This document shows positions 16,201-34,296 of a stretch of DNA of 64,000 bases, in pieces. Position numbers and translations under genes: made by a program. How positions within the stretch are numbered: the stretch's first letter is position 1; each line of letters begins with the position of its first letter. The stretch is from Piromyces finnis finn. Its lineage: Eukaryota > Fungi > Neocallimastigomycota. The stretch lies in assembly GCA_002104945.1 (NCBI GenBank), contig MCFH01000034.1:1-64000 (forward strand). The letters are read 5' to 3'. The notes beneath the pieces were generated by a model that ran no database searches, was not told the DNA's origin, and was given only the letters and a program-made list of their open reading frames with translations.

Positions 16201-16269
16201 ATATTATATATATATTAAATATATATAAATATATATAATTCATAAAGTATATTCAATTATTTATTAAAA

Positions 16270-18708
16270 ATGACAATTTTAGAATCATTTCCAATTCATC
16301 GTTGTATTTATCGTAATGACCCACAAGCTTTAAGGGAATTGTTAAAAGACAATGAAATAAAAAAACGTATTGATGAATGCGATAATCATGGTAATACTCC
16401 ACTTAATTTATCACTTATGTTAGACAGAAGAAATTGTACAATAATTTTATTAAATAATAAATGTGACCTTCTTGGTCGAAATTCTTATGGTTGGAATTCA
16501 TCAGATGAAGCTATAATGTAAATAGCTATTATTTATAAATATTAGTTAAATAATTTTATTATGAATAAAATATATTATTATTGCTATTATTTTTCTAATA
16601 ATTCTAATATATTGAATATTAAATTATACATATAAATGTCTATTAATATTAAAAAAGGACCGGCGATATTGATATAATTGAAAAAGTAACTTTATTAAGA
16701 TGGAAAGAATATGTTAATATATTTAGTTGTTCAGGCGGTGTTTTAGAAGAATTTACAAATGAAGTTCCTAATTTATATATGAAGTATAAATTAAGACTTA
16801 AATCTGCTAGTATGTATATTATTTCAATACAAATTTTTTATTGGTTTATTCCACTTTAATATTCTAATTACAACTTTTATAAAAATTTATTTCTATAGTT
16901 CCAATTATAAAAAGACTCGGTGCTAGAGATGTTGAAGAAATTTATAAAAAAGGTTCATCAATTAGATTTAATACAACTGTTGCTGGTGTTGATAGTAGAG
17001 GTATTCCAAAACTTATCAAAGGAAGTATTTCCATTATTGGCAAGATTGATGAGAGAAGTGGTAATTATATTTAATTCTTATTTTAAATCGTAAAATAATA
17101 AAACTGCAATGTAGAGATTAATGCATTATATTTATGTATATGAAATTTATATAATTATTATAGGTATCTATAAAATTTATTTATTAGATAATAAAAAGAA
17201 ACTTTATCAAGAATTTTTCCCAAATATTCCACAATGGTATATTAATAATTCATTAAAATCAAAAATTGGTGTTAGTACTTTGTATAAGTTTTATTTCGAT
17301 TTTTCAGATGTTGAAATTAAACAAAAGAAAAATAGTATTCTTAAGAAGGCTAAAAAAACATTTACATTACAGAACAATAAAACCTATAAGATAGAATTAT
17401 TTAAGTGCAAGAATTTCAAAATAATTATTCGTAAGAGAAAGGATGAAGCTATGATTGGTGATTGTAAAAGTAATATCAAAACAAACATTTCTAATGTTGA
17501 TCATATTAATTCAATTTTTAAGAAACTTGAAGTTTTAGATAAAGCTGATGATAATAAGAGTGAATCAGATAAAATGGTAAATAATACTAATATTGATAAT
17601 GATGATAATGATGAAAGCGATGATGAAAGTGATGACGGATCTATATATTCTGAGGATACTGAATCATTTATAAAATCCACTTCTGTGGAATCAGAAAGCG
17701 TATTTAAAAAATATATAAATGAAAATGATCCAAAATCATCTTTAGAAGATCCAGTAACTGTTACAAAAATCGACAGTATTTTAGAAAGAGGTTTTGATGA
17801 AAATGGTGTTAAGGTTACTATTAATGATCTTAAATATTTAGAAAAGTATGCTCCAATTATTATAAAATCCTATTTTGAAAATAGAAATAATGGTAAAAAG
17901 ACTTATCACAGCTTTAAATCCGAAAATATTAATTATACTGTAAGTAAGGATGGTCGTACTAAAATATATGAAATTATTGATGAAGATACTAATACTTTAG
18001 ACTGGGAAGCTGCTTACAATAAAAGATATCCTCAAAATAGTGATATCTTATATGAGGTATTTTCAGGTAGTCATAAAGAAGCTTTTGAAAATGATGATGA
18101 TATAAAATCATCAAAATTAATTAACTATAATAAAGAAGATATTATTTCTGAAGAAGAATATTTTGATCCTTCTTCTAAAGAAAATCTTCATATGGGAAGA
18201 GTTATGCGTATTGATGAGGAAGTTAAAAATAATCATTCTAGTTATAAGTTCTGGCTTTCCAAAGAAAATGAATTTCCTGTCAGTATTTCCCAATTCAAAT
18301 CTATTATAGACTTTTTTAGTAGTATATTTTTAGATCAAATATATATGGATGGTCCTGATAAGAAAAGCAGTATTTATAATAATTTCTCAAATATTTTCTA
18401 TAAAAATTTTGAATCCGATAGAAGATTTTTATTAAAAATGAGTAAATAAAATTTTATTTTATTAATATTAATTTAAATTGTTTTTATTATAATATATATT
18501 TTCTTTATTAATAAACTTATTATATTCATTATTTTTAATATTTCTATTATATATATATATATATTTAGATATTCCGGTATATCCTTCAATTTTAATTCAA
18601 TATAAATTATTAGATTTAAGTACAGATCTTGGAAAAATTCCAGATGAAATCTTTGAAATTCCTAGTGATTATCAATACGGTGATGTTTACTTTAATAATA
18701 TAAAATAA
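16270..18708 (+). CDS. ANKRD13: ANKRD13-family protein (N-terminal ankyrin repeats plus GPCR-chaperone-type domain), 5 exons
   Basis: Exons 16270-16517, 16658-16809, 16899-17060, 17164-18441, 18569-18708 join in frame. Family-like motifs: FPIHRCIY..D.HGNTPL..GWN..DEA, IYKKGSSIRFNTTVAG, FPVSISQF, FEIPSDY. Family assigned from recalled similarity. Confidence 0.85.
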
Positions 18709-20018
18709 ACTATTTTTCACTTTTATTTAAATCCTTCCTTTTTTCTCACAAAATATTTACTAAATCAAATAAAGTAGCAATCAAGCAAAAAAATTAATGA
18801 TAACAATAATAAAGTAAATACTAAAAGAAAAAATAAAATATTTAATTATAAAGCAATTAATGAAATAGAATATTAAATTTAATTAAAAATAAAAGAACAA
18901 ATATATACAATTAAAGAATTATATAATATAAAATACAATAATAAAACTAAAAACAAACAAAATACATAATATAATGCAAATATAAATTATTTAACAAAAA
19001 CTACTTTTATTAAGAAAACAAGATATTTTATAATAATAATAAAATTAATTTTATCATTTTTTTTTATTATTATTTAACAAATAAAAAAAAGTATATTTTA
19101 ATTCTTTATTAATATTGATATTTCCTTTTAAAGGACAATCAATATTAAATAAGCATACAAACATAAAAAAAAAAAAAAACAATAACAAAAAAACGAAAAA
19201 AACAACAACAACAAAAAGAAAAACAAAATAAAATATTAAATTATTTACAAGCAAATTTTAACAAAATTATAAAAAAAATATTATATATTTATTATACTTA
19301 TTTATCTTTTTATTTATAATTATATGAATATAATTATAAAAAGGAAATTATATATGAATAAAATAACTATAGAATATTAATAATTTATTAAGAAATATGT
19401 ATTTTTATTTTTTTAATAATAAAACTATTTTAAAGTATATATAATAAAAAAATAAAAGTTATTAAAACATAAACCTAGTTATTCATAAAATGAAAAATTT
19501 ATAATATTTCAGTTTATTTTATTATATATATTTTAACTTTTTTTTTTATAAAGCAAGTTTAAAAATGTAATTATTTAATTAACAGTGGTGACATTTTTAA
19601 TTATTAAATAATTGGTTATATAATGTTTAAATATTTCTTTTAAGAAAAATAGTAAATAAAATTAAAAAATTTTATTAAAATAAAATCTCAATACGATACA
19701 AAATTAAATGGTTAATTAAAGTTAATTAAAAAAATATGATTTATTTTATTATTAGAGAAAAACATATTTTTAAATAATAATAATAATAATGAAGGTAAAG
19801 CATAGTTGCATTATTAGCATGAATTATTTTAAATTCTAATTTTATTATAAACTATAACAATCCATCAATAATAATATTCTTATTTGTTCCCTTTTTATAT
19901 TAACAAACCATTTTTATTTTCTTTTTCTTCTTTTTCAATTTTATTTTAAGAAATATTGAAATATTGAAATATTAGAACCTATTATTAAAATAGGATTGAT
20001 TTATTAAAAAAAGAAAAA

Positions 20019-22669
20019 ATGAGGAAAATTCATATTATATATTTTATAACATATGCATATTCATTAATATGTAAATGAGAATAAATAATAATTTATTATA
20101 TAGACTTTTTTTTTTTTTTTTCTTTTTTTGTAATAAGATAATTAATTTAATTTTAAATAATTTTTAATTATTAGATTTTACCATAGCAAAAACTGTTAAT
20201 CTTGCAGTTATAAATTATGATACATATACAAATTTATATTCAACAATTGAAAGTAGATTTAATGAATATTCCAAAAGCAATAATTTAGGAATTGAATTAA
20301 AAATAACAACATTTTCTAAAAAAAATACAACTTTAGGATTAACAGGATATGATTCAACTATTGATGATCTTATTCAACAAAAATCAACTGAATATGACAT
20401 GTATTATTTCGATCCGGTAAATATAAAGAAATATTCAACCCATTTTGCAGATTTAACTCATTTATTGCCAAAAGATCATTTGAATATGTATTCGTCAAAT
20501 AATATTGATCAAATATGTAAATATAATAATCAATGGGTTGGACTTGTATGTATATAATTATAAAATTTATATATGACTTTTTTTATAAACCAACATATAT
20601 ATATATAATAATAATTTGTTTTCTATAAAATTTTAGTGATCAAGACGTTTATTAATGTTTATATATATATATTTTTTATAAATAAATAGCCTTTAAGTAT
20701 GAAGTTTATGGTATTATATTCTAATATTAAATATTTAGAAAAATATAATAAAAGAGTGCCATTAACTTGGGATGAACTTATCCAAACAACTAAATATATT
20801 CTAAACCAAGAACAACAAAATAATAACTCAGAATTAATCGGTTATAATGGTTATTTTTCAGGTAATTCTTTTAAAATATGATACTCTAAAGAATTAATAA
20901 ATAAATAGAATATATATTTTAAAGTATGATACATTCAATGAAATGATATATATAGATATATAAATATTAACTTTTCTTTTTAATGTTATTTTTTATAATA
21001 ATACAATTATATATATATATTATACACATATACTAATAATCTAGATGTAGATAATAGTATTTGTTCATTTTATGATTTTATTTATTCATTTAGAAATTCG
21101 AAGGATTCACCTCTTCCTGAAATGACTAGTCAAACAGCAATTAAGGCTTTAAATAAAATGAAGGAGGTTAAAGATAACATCTCATCAAGTATGAATAAAC
21201 ATATAGATTTAATTAATTTTTAAATTTATTTTACTCATTATTTAATGTATTATTTGATTTAATGCTATTTAAATTATTATTATTATTATTATTCCCTTTT
21301 TATATAAGATGATTTATACAAAGCAAATGATCAATATACAACTATGTTGATGTACAAGGAAAATATTTTATTTGCAAAATATTGGGATTTAGGTAATATA
21401 TCTGGTTATAAAATGTCACCTATGCCAGGTGATCATGAAGGTGTTAATGGCTCATGTCTTGAAGCCTTTAATATTGGTATAAACAATTATATTTCAAATC
21501 ACCAGAAAAAAGCAGCAGCAGAAGTATTAAGATATTTAACTTCAATAGATGAACAAAAGAATATAATTGTTATGAAGTTTGACTTATTTAGTGGTATTTC
21601 CAGTATATATGATGATAAAGATGTTTGTTCAAAAGTAGAATGTGCCACTGCAAAGAATATTCAAGGTATAAGCAAACCAAGTTCATCTGTTAACAATTAT
21701 GAAACCTTTTCGATGAGTGTAATAGATTATATAAATGAATTTTTATTTGGTGACAGATCTGAAATAGATACATTAACAGATATTAATGATATTACAAAGA
21801 TTTATTATTTTTCAAAATCAGATACTGTTGGTTTAATATTCTTTATTTCATTACTAGTTGTATTTTATGTTATATTCCTTTCACCATTATTATTATTCGT
21901 TCCAAGATTTGAAAATAATTTCAAATTTATGAATGTAGATTCATGGATTATTTATACTATGGGATCTCTTTTAATTGTAGGATCTGAGTTCACTAAGTTT
22001 GAAAAATTAAATGAAACAAAATGCTATTTAAATCATATATTGATGACTATGGGATACACTTTAATTTTTATTCCAGTATTATACCAATTAATTATAAATT
22101 ATCCTAAAAGTAACAGTTTTTCAGAGTGGGTTAGGAATCATAAATCATCCTTTTTCTTTTTATTGATTTTATTAGAAATAGTTTTTAATATCCTTATGTT
22201 GATTACTCCATTTGAATCGAAGAATATACTTATTGAAAATAATAAAAATTATAATATGTGTAAATTTTCAAGTACAATACATGGTTATCTTTTATCCCTA
22301 CCACAATTTTTGACAATGATAATATTTTATTCCTTCAGTTGCTTTTTAATATATACAGAATGGAAGGTAGAAGAAACAAAAAATGAAATTAAATCATTAA
22401 GTGGTGTTATGTGTATAGATGGAATCTTAATAATTTTATTGAATTTAGTTGATTTTGTTAATATCAATAATTATATTATCTATTATTCAATTCATGCATT
22501 TTTAATTATAATATTTTCCTTATCGAATCATATTTATTTATTCATTTTAAGACTTATTTTTGGAAACATCATTATTAGACCTCAAGAAGATAATATGATA
22601 GAAAAACTATTTTTATTTAATGATGAAAGTAACAGTGATGATAATATTACATCATTTTCATTTATATAA
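20019..22669 (+). CDS. Receptor with signal peptide, solute-binding-protein (periplasmic-binding fold) ectodomain and 7TM domain, 5 exons
   Basis: Exons 20019-20070, 20175-20545, 20690-20861, 21045-21188, 21309-22669 join in frame. Signal MRKIHIIYFITYAYSLIYFTIA; SBP family-1-like motif LYSNIKYLEKYNKRVPLTWDEL; about seven hydrophobic helices in the last exon. Confidence 0.85.
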
Positions 22670-22837
22670 AGAAGGATTAACATATTAACATATTATTTAT
22701 TATCTATTGGTAATAATTAATATAACTTTTTATTTAAAATTAGATATATTTATTATAAAATAAAACAGAGAAAATTAGTAATTTAGGTTTTACTATTTTA
22801 TATTTAATATATTAATATTAAAGATTTAATTTAAACA

Positions 22838-22840
22838 AAA

Positions 22841-22911
<71 letters not shown>

Positions 22912-22912
22912 A
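22838..22912. repeat. (AAAT)n microsatellite
   Basis: Pure tandem aaat directly visible. Confidence 0.95.
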
Positions 22913-24177
22913 CATCATAATTATTTTAATTTAATGAATCCATTATTTTTAATATAATATTAAATAATTTATGATTAATATATACTTGTTATTTTATTTC
23001 CCACTTTTGTTACTTTTGTTGTGGAAAAATTAAATCAAAATATTCGATTTTGTTTCAGCTTAAAATAGTTATAGATATATTGTTTATATATTATCATTTT
23101 ATTTAGTATATATAACAATAAAAATGCTTATTATGTCAATAGAATCAATAAAGCAAAATTTGATGATTGTCTCAATTAAAGAAAATAAAATAGAAATTTC
23201 ATAATAATTCATAATCATTATACTATTATTGTTATAATAATAAAATTATGCTAATAATAACGTCTTTTGAAAGTTCTTTTTTTATTTTTTCATGTGATCA
23301 GAATTTATATTTTATTAAATTAAATTTACTTAATTAAAATAATATATAAATATAAACATTAATATTATAAACAAATGAAAGAAAAGAATTGAAAACATTT
23401 ATTAAGAACCTTTTTAACTATGAAAATCTTATTTATAATAAATATGAATTATAAGCTTTATTATTAACTTATCATTAATATTAATATAGATTTTTATAGA
23501 ATTTTTTTTTCTCTTTTTTAATAAAATCTTTAAAATCTTTTATTTATTTATTAATTATTGTTAAAATATATATTCTATTTATTATTTACTATTATCCATA
23601 ATAATAAATGATAAATAGTAAAGACAAAACAAGCAAAATAAATTAATGAGATAAAAAATAGGATCTAAATATAAAGATTAAGGGTTTAAAAAAGGATTGT
23701 ATATAAAAGAAATAAAATTTTGAATATTTGAAGACAAAAAAAAAAAAAAAAAAAAATACATTAAAGAATTAAAAATGTTAAAAATGATATATTAAATTGA
23801 ATATCATAAACAGTGTATATCAAATCATAATTAGCAATTAAATGAATTTAAAATTTAAAAAGAATTAGCGGTTATACACATTTATTAATATAGATTCCTA
23901 ATATATTTATTTCCTAAAGAAATTTTATTTATTATTTATATCATAATTTTTGAAATATATATTATTTAAATAAAATAAATCAATACATAATAATAAAATT
24001 ACTTTTTACTTCGTAATATAGTAATGTTTTAACTAAATCTAATTTAATTTTTTTTTTTTAAAAAAAACTATATAAAAATAAATACATTACTAAAATTATC
24101 GAGTATTTCATAAAAGAAAGATAATTATTTTTATAAAATTATATATAATATAATATAATATAATAAAATAAAATAAA

Positions 24178-26863
24178 ATGAATCTAAATAATACTGATAG
24201 AGATACCCATTCCTACGACAAAACTTCTAATGAATATAATTCAAGTATTTTAAAAAGAAATAGAGCCAATAGCGCTATTAGTGTGCCAAACGGCTATTCT
24301 AATGGTCAATGTAATAATAAACATGGTAATTCTAATATATATAATTCTCCAGCTATGAGTATTTCTTCAACTCAAACAACACCACTTACTAATCCACATC
24401 ACCATCATGTACATTCTCGCTCAAGTTCTTTAAATTCAAATTATTCTTCCATTAGGTACAATAATTTAAAAACTATAGTAAATAAAAATGAAAATTCTCG
24501 AGATAGCCCTTTATTAAAAAATTCTAATCTTAAATTTATTAAAAATAATGGGGGTAATAATTATAAAAATATTAGCAATGAAATTAGTGATAATAAATTT
24601 GAAAAGAAGAAAATATTTAGCGAAAGCTCAAAACCTCTAAGTGTAAGGAAAGATTCGAAAGATTCATTTGCACATGATTCATTGAATGTATTAAAAATAG
24701 AAAATGATGTTACAAGTCAATTACATAAAACTCACTCAAATGATCTTACTGATAATATTATGGTATCTAATAAAAAAATACTTAAAGAGGATAATTTAAT
24801 AAAAAATAACAATATTCCTGTTTTGTTAAATAAACCTAAAGATAATGATATTGATACTCATATGAACTATTCTGAAAAAGAAAATATATTAATTCATCCT
24901 GCTTCAAGTGATATAGGTAGTTATTTTGTTTCTAATAATCAAATAAAACCAAAGTCTAGTATTTCTTATCAATATGATTCTAATACGAAAACATTAAGAA
25001 ATTCAAATACAGCTACTTTAAATAACCTTGCAGCAAATATGAATAATTATTCTTTAAATAATTATGTAAATGCTAATTATTTAGATGTAAGAAAAAAATA
25101 TAGTAGCTGCTATTCAATTTCATCAAATTCAACAATACTTGCACCTCCTAAAAAATATTTAAATCATAATTATTCAATTTATAATTATCCGAAGATAAAA
25201 CATATGTTTTATGTTGTAATTATAATGCTTACTATTTATATCATTAGTTTATTTACACTTTTTTCTACCAGATGGATAATTGTAAACACAAAATGGACAA
25301 ATTCAACTCAAAATGAAGCAGCAGAAACAATAGAGACCATTAATCATAACCTTATTTATCATTAGTAAGTTTTAGATTATATTATATTTAAATAAAAATT
25401 AAATAATAATGGTTGTGACTCTAATATATTTTAATATACTAATTATTAATTATTAATTTATTTAATAATGCGTGAATATAGTGAGTTTGGTATGTATAAT
25501 TTTTGTTACAAGGATAATTCGGAAAATAGTAATTCTCAAGATGGAGTATGTAATAGTATTGAAAAATACTGTCCTTTTTTTTGCACAGAAACATCATGCA
25601 TTAATTTTAACCCCAAAAATGAGGGCAAGAGCTTTGAAGATAAGATTGTAGTTGAAGATTCTACAGATCCAGAATATAGTTTTTGCAAATTAACTTCAAG
25701 AAGTCGTAATATTTCCGTAATATATATTTCTTTATTTACTCTTAATTTAGCTATTGCTATTAGTATTTTATGCATTACTATAAAATATCATGGAAATGAT
25801 AAAAAAAATTTAAAAAGTAAATTAATAAAAAGACTATCATATATAAGTGAACATTATTCAGTTCCATCAAAGTTTAAGAATAGTAATAATAATATTGCTT
25901 CAAGTTCAAATAATAATAGTACAAGTTATTTAAATAATAATGTAAATGAAATATCAAATATTGAACTTCACAGGCAATTCAGTGAACCAGAAACTTATGA
26001 TATTGATAATGATACAGTAAAATCAAGGCCAACATCTAATAATGAAAATAACAATAACAACAATAATAATAGTCGTAATCAACGTTATCATAGTTATTCT
26101 GCTCATATAACATATAATCTACCGAATTCAGCAACCCGTTCAATTGAAAATAATAGTAACATAAGTCCATCAAACAATAATAGTCCAATCATTCAAACAG
26201 CCTCAATTATGGAACAAAATAAAATTGCTGAAGAAAAAGAAAAAGAAATTTTAAAGACAAGAAGAATTTTAAGAACACTTTTTTCATTTTTAATTATTTT
26301 TTCTTTTATTTTAGGTAATTATTTTTATTATTATAATATTATTATATATAAAAATCAACACAAAAAAAGTAAAAGAAAAACAAAATCAAACAAATAATAA
26401 GCTATTACTTATATTATTTATCTTGATAATTTTAATAATATATATATTTTTTTTCAATATATATTATTTTTTAATAAAAATTCTAATTATAGGACTTACT
26501 GGAATATACTATATTAAAAAGTGGTATAAGGAACATAGACATATTGGTATGTTTTATTTAAAAGATACTGATATAGTTAAAAGTGATATCACATTGGATG
26601 TTAGTATTGGTGTATCTCTTATTTTAATATGTATTGTTTCAGCTGTGAATATTATTATTTCATTATACCTAATAATCCTTCTTAGTATTATTCACCATTC
26701 AAAATCGAAAACATATTGGCATAATGATAATGATGAAGATACATATTCTCATTATTCTCAATCATATGATAGTCTTCATCCTCCTAGTATTTATTCACAA
26801 AATAATTTTAATTATAATTCAAATAATGGTTATAACCAATCTACCTCAAATATAATACCTTAA
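24178..26863 (+). CDS. Tetraspan membrane protein, claudin/SUR7-PalI-like, with long low-complexity N-terminus, 3 exons
   Basis: Exons 24178-25364, 25482-26314, 26493-26863 join in frame. TM1 (MFYVVIIML...STRW), loop with YEFGMYNFC...C resembling the claudin GLW-C-C signature, then three more TM helices. Confidence 0.7.
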
Positions 26864-27543
26864 ACTTTAAATAAAATAAAACAAAATATATAACATATAT
26901 AAATTAATAAATAGTCAATAAATAAAACAACCAACAAAACAACAAATAAAAAATAATAAAAGTTAATAACAATAAAATAATATAAGAAATAGTTAAAAAT
27001 GAAAATAAAAAGGTATTGATATTTAGTATCAGTTTTTATTATATATGAAGAGTTTATCAATTTTTTTCTTTCCTCTATTTATCTATCTATCATGTATTTT
27101 TTTTCTTTTTTTTTTTATATTTAATGGTTGAGAATAATAAAATAATGATATAATAGTAGTATGGTGATAATATTTTTTTTTTTTTTTTTTTTTTTAAAAA
27201 AAATAGGTATAATTTTTTTGTTTTACTAAAAGCTATGTAGTAATTATTAAGCTTAATAAAATTTTGAATTTTAATATTTTTTTTATTAAAAATTAAATGA
27301 ACAATTATTTATTTTTGTAAAGTTATTTTTTATTTAATTACTTTAATTATATATACATTATATGTAAGAATTTTTACTTTTTACAATTTCAAAAACACTT
27401 TAAATAAAAAAAAATTATAATTATGGGTATATTATTTTTTTAAATTTTTTTTTTTTTTTTTTTTTTTTTTTGAATATTTCCATATCATGAAATAATGATT
27501 ATAAAGTATTAAATTTGGTTTGATAATAATAAGCTGAATATTT

Positions 27544-27644
27544 AAAATAAAATAAAATAAAATAAAATAAAATAAAATAAAATAAAATAAAATAAAATAA
27601 AATAAAGTAAAATAAAATAAAATAAAATAAAATGAATGAATGAA

Positions 27645-27711
<67 letters not shown>
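27544..27711. repeat. Compound (AAAAT)n-(GAAT)n-(AAAT)n microsatellite
   Basis: Directly visible, between two convergent genes. Confidence 0.95.
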
Positions 27712-27803
27712 CTTAAAAAAAAGACAAATATATTTTATTGAAATTAAAACTTTTTTGTTTAATATATTGATTATTATTATTTTATAACATCATTGTTTAG
27801 TAA

Positions 27804-29960
<2,157 letters not shown>

Positions 29961-30151
29961 AATTAATATAGTAGGGATATAAGAAATTTTTAAAATATTA
30001 TTATAATGTTATGTCTATGTATATTTTTGGATTGTTATTGCTTTATTATTCCAGATAAGAATAAAAATATTTTGAATTTATGTAAAAAACTTTTATTCTT
30101 TTAAATGAGGTAAAGAAATTAAAAGTTATGTGTATTATATCAAATTTTTTG

Positions 30152-30740
<589 letters not shown>

Positions 30741-31854
30741 AATTTTTTGTTTGTAATAAAAACAAAAATTATAGAATATTAATATATTTTGTTTAAAAAA
30801 TTTTCTAATTTATTACAAAAAATCTCTTAATAACTTAATATTTCATTATAACGATAGTTGAAAATTTTGGTATTTTTTTATTGAAAATTTTCATATAATA
30901 AATCATTGAATAATATTTTATATTTTTTTTTTATTATGTTTATATGTTTCATTATTAAATTAAATACATTTATGTATAAAAAACTACAAAGTAATCTTTT
31001 TTTTCTAAAAAAATAAAATTGATTATGAGAAAATATAATAAAATTTCTTTATTAGTTTATATATTTATTATTTATAGTATTTTTATTATAAATTATATTT
31101 TATAATATTTTGTTATATCATTGATTTTGTTTAAATAATTCTATATATACAAATTTAGTTATATATTAAAAATAATTTAAGCTTTTTAGTTTTCTTCCAT
31201 TTCATTATTAAAAAAAAAAAAGAAAATAACTTTAATATTTATTCAATTAAATATTTTTAAAACATATACTACTAAATGATTTATCTTTATATACAAAAAC
31301 AAAAAGAAAATACTTTATTACTATTTTATTTTATTATTTATGATATATTTTAAAATTATAATAATTTTTCTATTAAAAGATTAAATTTATTTCTAAAAAC
31401 TTAATTGAAATTAATAAAATAAAACAATTTAAAAACCATATTATTATAATGGTTATATTAATATTTATAATATAATTGTTAATAAGCCATAGAAATAAAA
31501 ATAAAACATTACATTTTGTTATAATATTTAATGAAATAAAATAATAATTATAATTATAAATATAATTATTAATATTTTTAGTAATGATAATCAATAAATG
31601 ATATTATTATAAAGATATAAAGATATAATCAAATATTCAAAACAACAAAAGGTTTTAATATAGTAATATAGTAAGTATTATGAAGTATTTTTTTTTTATA
31701 TATCATATAGTTGTTCTTAAGCTTAGTAAAATTTTTATATAAAATAAAGTTATTTCATAAATTTAAATATTATATTTGTTAAATAACTTAATTTTATAAA
31801 GTTAAATTTTGTGAATCTATTCTTATTTATAAAAATTTTATTAAAGTAGCTTGT

Positions 31855-31993
<139 letters not shown>

Positions 31994-32242
31994 ATAATAT
32001 AATAAATAAATAAATAAATAGATAAATATATAATTTTTTCATATTTTATTATTATTTTTATTTCTTCTTTATAACTAGGTAATATTTATATTTATGTTAA
32101 AGGATTATATTCATTATTATTATTTTCTTAATCTTATATAGTATTTAGTTATTTTTAATTGTTATTTGTTATTTATTATAATTATCATTACATTTTATTT
32201 TTTAGAGATAAACAAAAAATATATTATTGTATTTATTTATAA

Positions 32243-34296
32243 TCATTGTTTATGATTATGATGTATTATATATTGGAATTAATGTCAGAATTATTTATAG
32301 AAGACACTGTTTCGATATTATTTGCCATTATTGAATTTTCATTTAATTTATTATTTCCAGATATATCATCTGCATCTGGAAGTAAACCTTGAGCAAGACG
32401 ACGTCTAACTTCAAATACTTCTTCAATAGCTTTTTTAAAGCAAGCAAAATTATAATCTAAAAGACCTGGTTTTTCAAAATTTTCTTCACGTAAAAAACAT
32501 ACTAAAGCTAAATGTCTTTGATTTTTAAATTTTATTATTATTATATATATATTTTTAATAAAAAGAAATGGTTTAATATAATGATTATTTTTAAAATTAT
32601 TATTCGTAATAATATATTTGAAAAAAAAGGGAGAATAATTTACTCATTAACTTCTCTCAAATATAAAACCATAGAATTTGCTAGATGAATTACTGAATAT
32701 GTATCAGTTCCGTATGATGCACTTTCACCTCCGTTTTCTTCATTTTCTTGTTTTGGTCTAAATATATATATATTTTAAAAATAAATAATTTTAATATTAT
32801 ATTATTAATATAAATTCTTTTTTTTTTTAATATTTATATTTTGATATTCTTTTTACCCATATATACATGATATATCTATAACAACATCTATCATATCACT
32901 ACATAATTCATAGGTTTGGATATCAACAGGTGAACTGTCAGTTGCGATATATATTTTGCTCATGACATCAAATAAGAAAGCTTTTTCAATATTTGAGTTC
33001 TTAACAATTAATTATTAGATAAATACTTTTATTATTATTATTATTTTTTTTTATTATATGTTTAATGATACATACTGAACATAAAATATTTAAAAGATTT
33101 TCTAAAGTAGGTAGTTGAGGAATGAGCTTTTGAATTACTTTACTAAATGCTTCATAAATAGAATGATCATATATACTTGTTAAATAGAAGCTCATATGAA
33201 TATCTTCTAAATTTTCATGCATTAATTCTTCAGTTATACGTTGTTGGATATCTCTTTGAATTTCTATTGTATAGGTATATAATTATATTTTTTATAATAA
33301 AGAAAATGAATATTAGCTAATATCTAATTATGATAAGTTTAAGATATTGAAATTTTACCAATCTTTAAGTCATCTGAAAGACCATCAACTTTATGAATAA
33401 ATACTTCATAAGATAATGTAATACTGAATTTTGATGCAATAACAACTGTGTCCACTATTCTATTTAATGCATCAATATAATCATCCTATATTGATAAAAT
33501 TAATAATAATTATAATAAACTTAATACAACCATGATCAATTCATATCATTATATAGAATATATTGATATTAATATATAATTATTTTATTATTTTATATAA
33601 TTTTTAACTTTACTTGTGCATCTATAACAAATACTAATGATCCACATCTTTCTAGTATTATTTCTAAGTCAAAAGAGGAATCAAAGAAATCAATTTGACC
33701 AGGGAAATCCCAAATTTGGAAATCAATGAAAGAACTTATTTATTAAATTAATTTACAAAATATTTTATTCAATATTTAATAATAATTATAATATATTTCC
33801 ATTAATTAGTATTTTATAGAATTTTTGATGAATTGTTTTTATTGAAAATAAGCATATATATTATTTTAGTTATTAAGTATTTGAATATATATCACTAACA
33901 TTACATCATTCTTCGAAATTTTACTTGTACTTTCTAAATATAAAGTTTCATTTGGTGACATCTTATGAAATACAACTCTTTCAATACTAGATTTTCCACT
34001 TCTATTTAATCATTATTATAATTATTAATAATAAGATTAAATTTGAATTTAATAAATGAAATGTAAAATATAAGATATATAACAATATAATAATATAATA
34101 TAAAAATATAATATTAAAATTAAAATATGAAATGATTTTGATTATTGTAAAAAAACAAAAACAAAAACAAAAACAATATATATATATATAATATAAAATA
34201 TAAAATTAATTAAAATATTAATAATGTCTACCTTCTTAAACCCAATAAAAGAAGTCTAGGTTTTGCCTCAAAAGGCAATGAATTATCAAGATCCAT
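32243..34296 (-). CDS. GTR2: Rag GTPase RagC/D (Gtr2), 8 exons
   Basis: Spliced translation [116 protein letters not shown] matches RagC/D. Confidence 0.96.
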
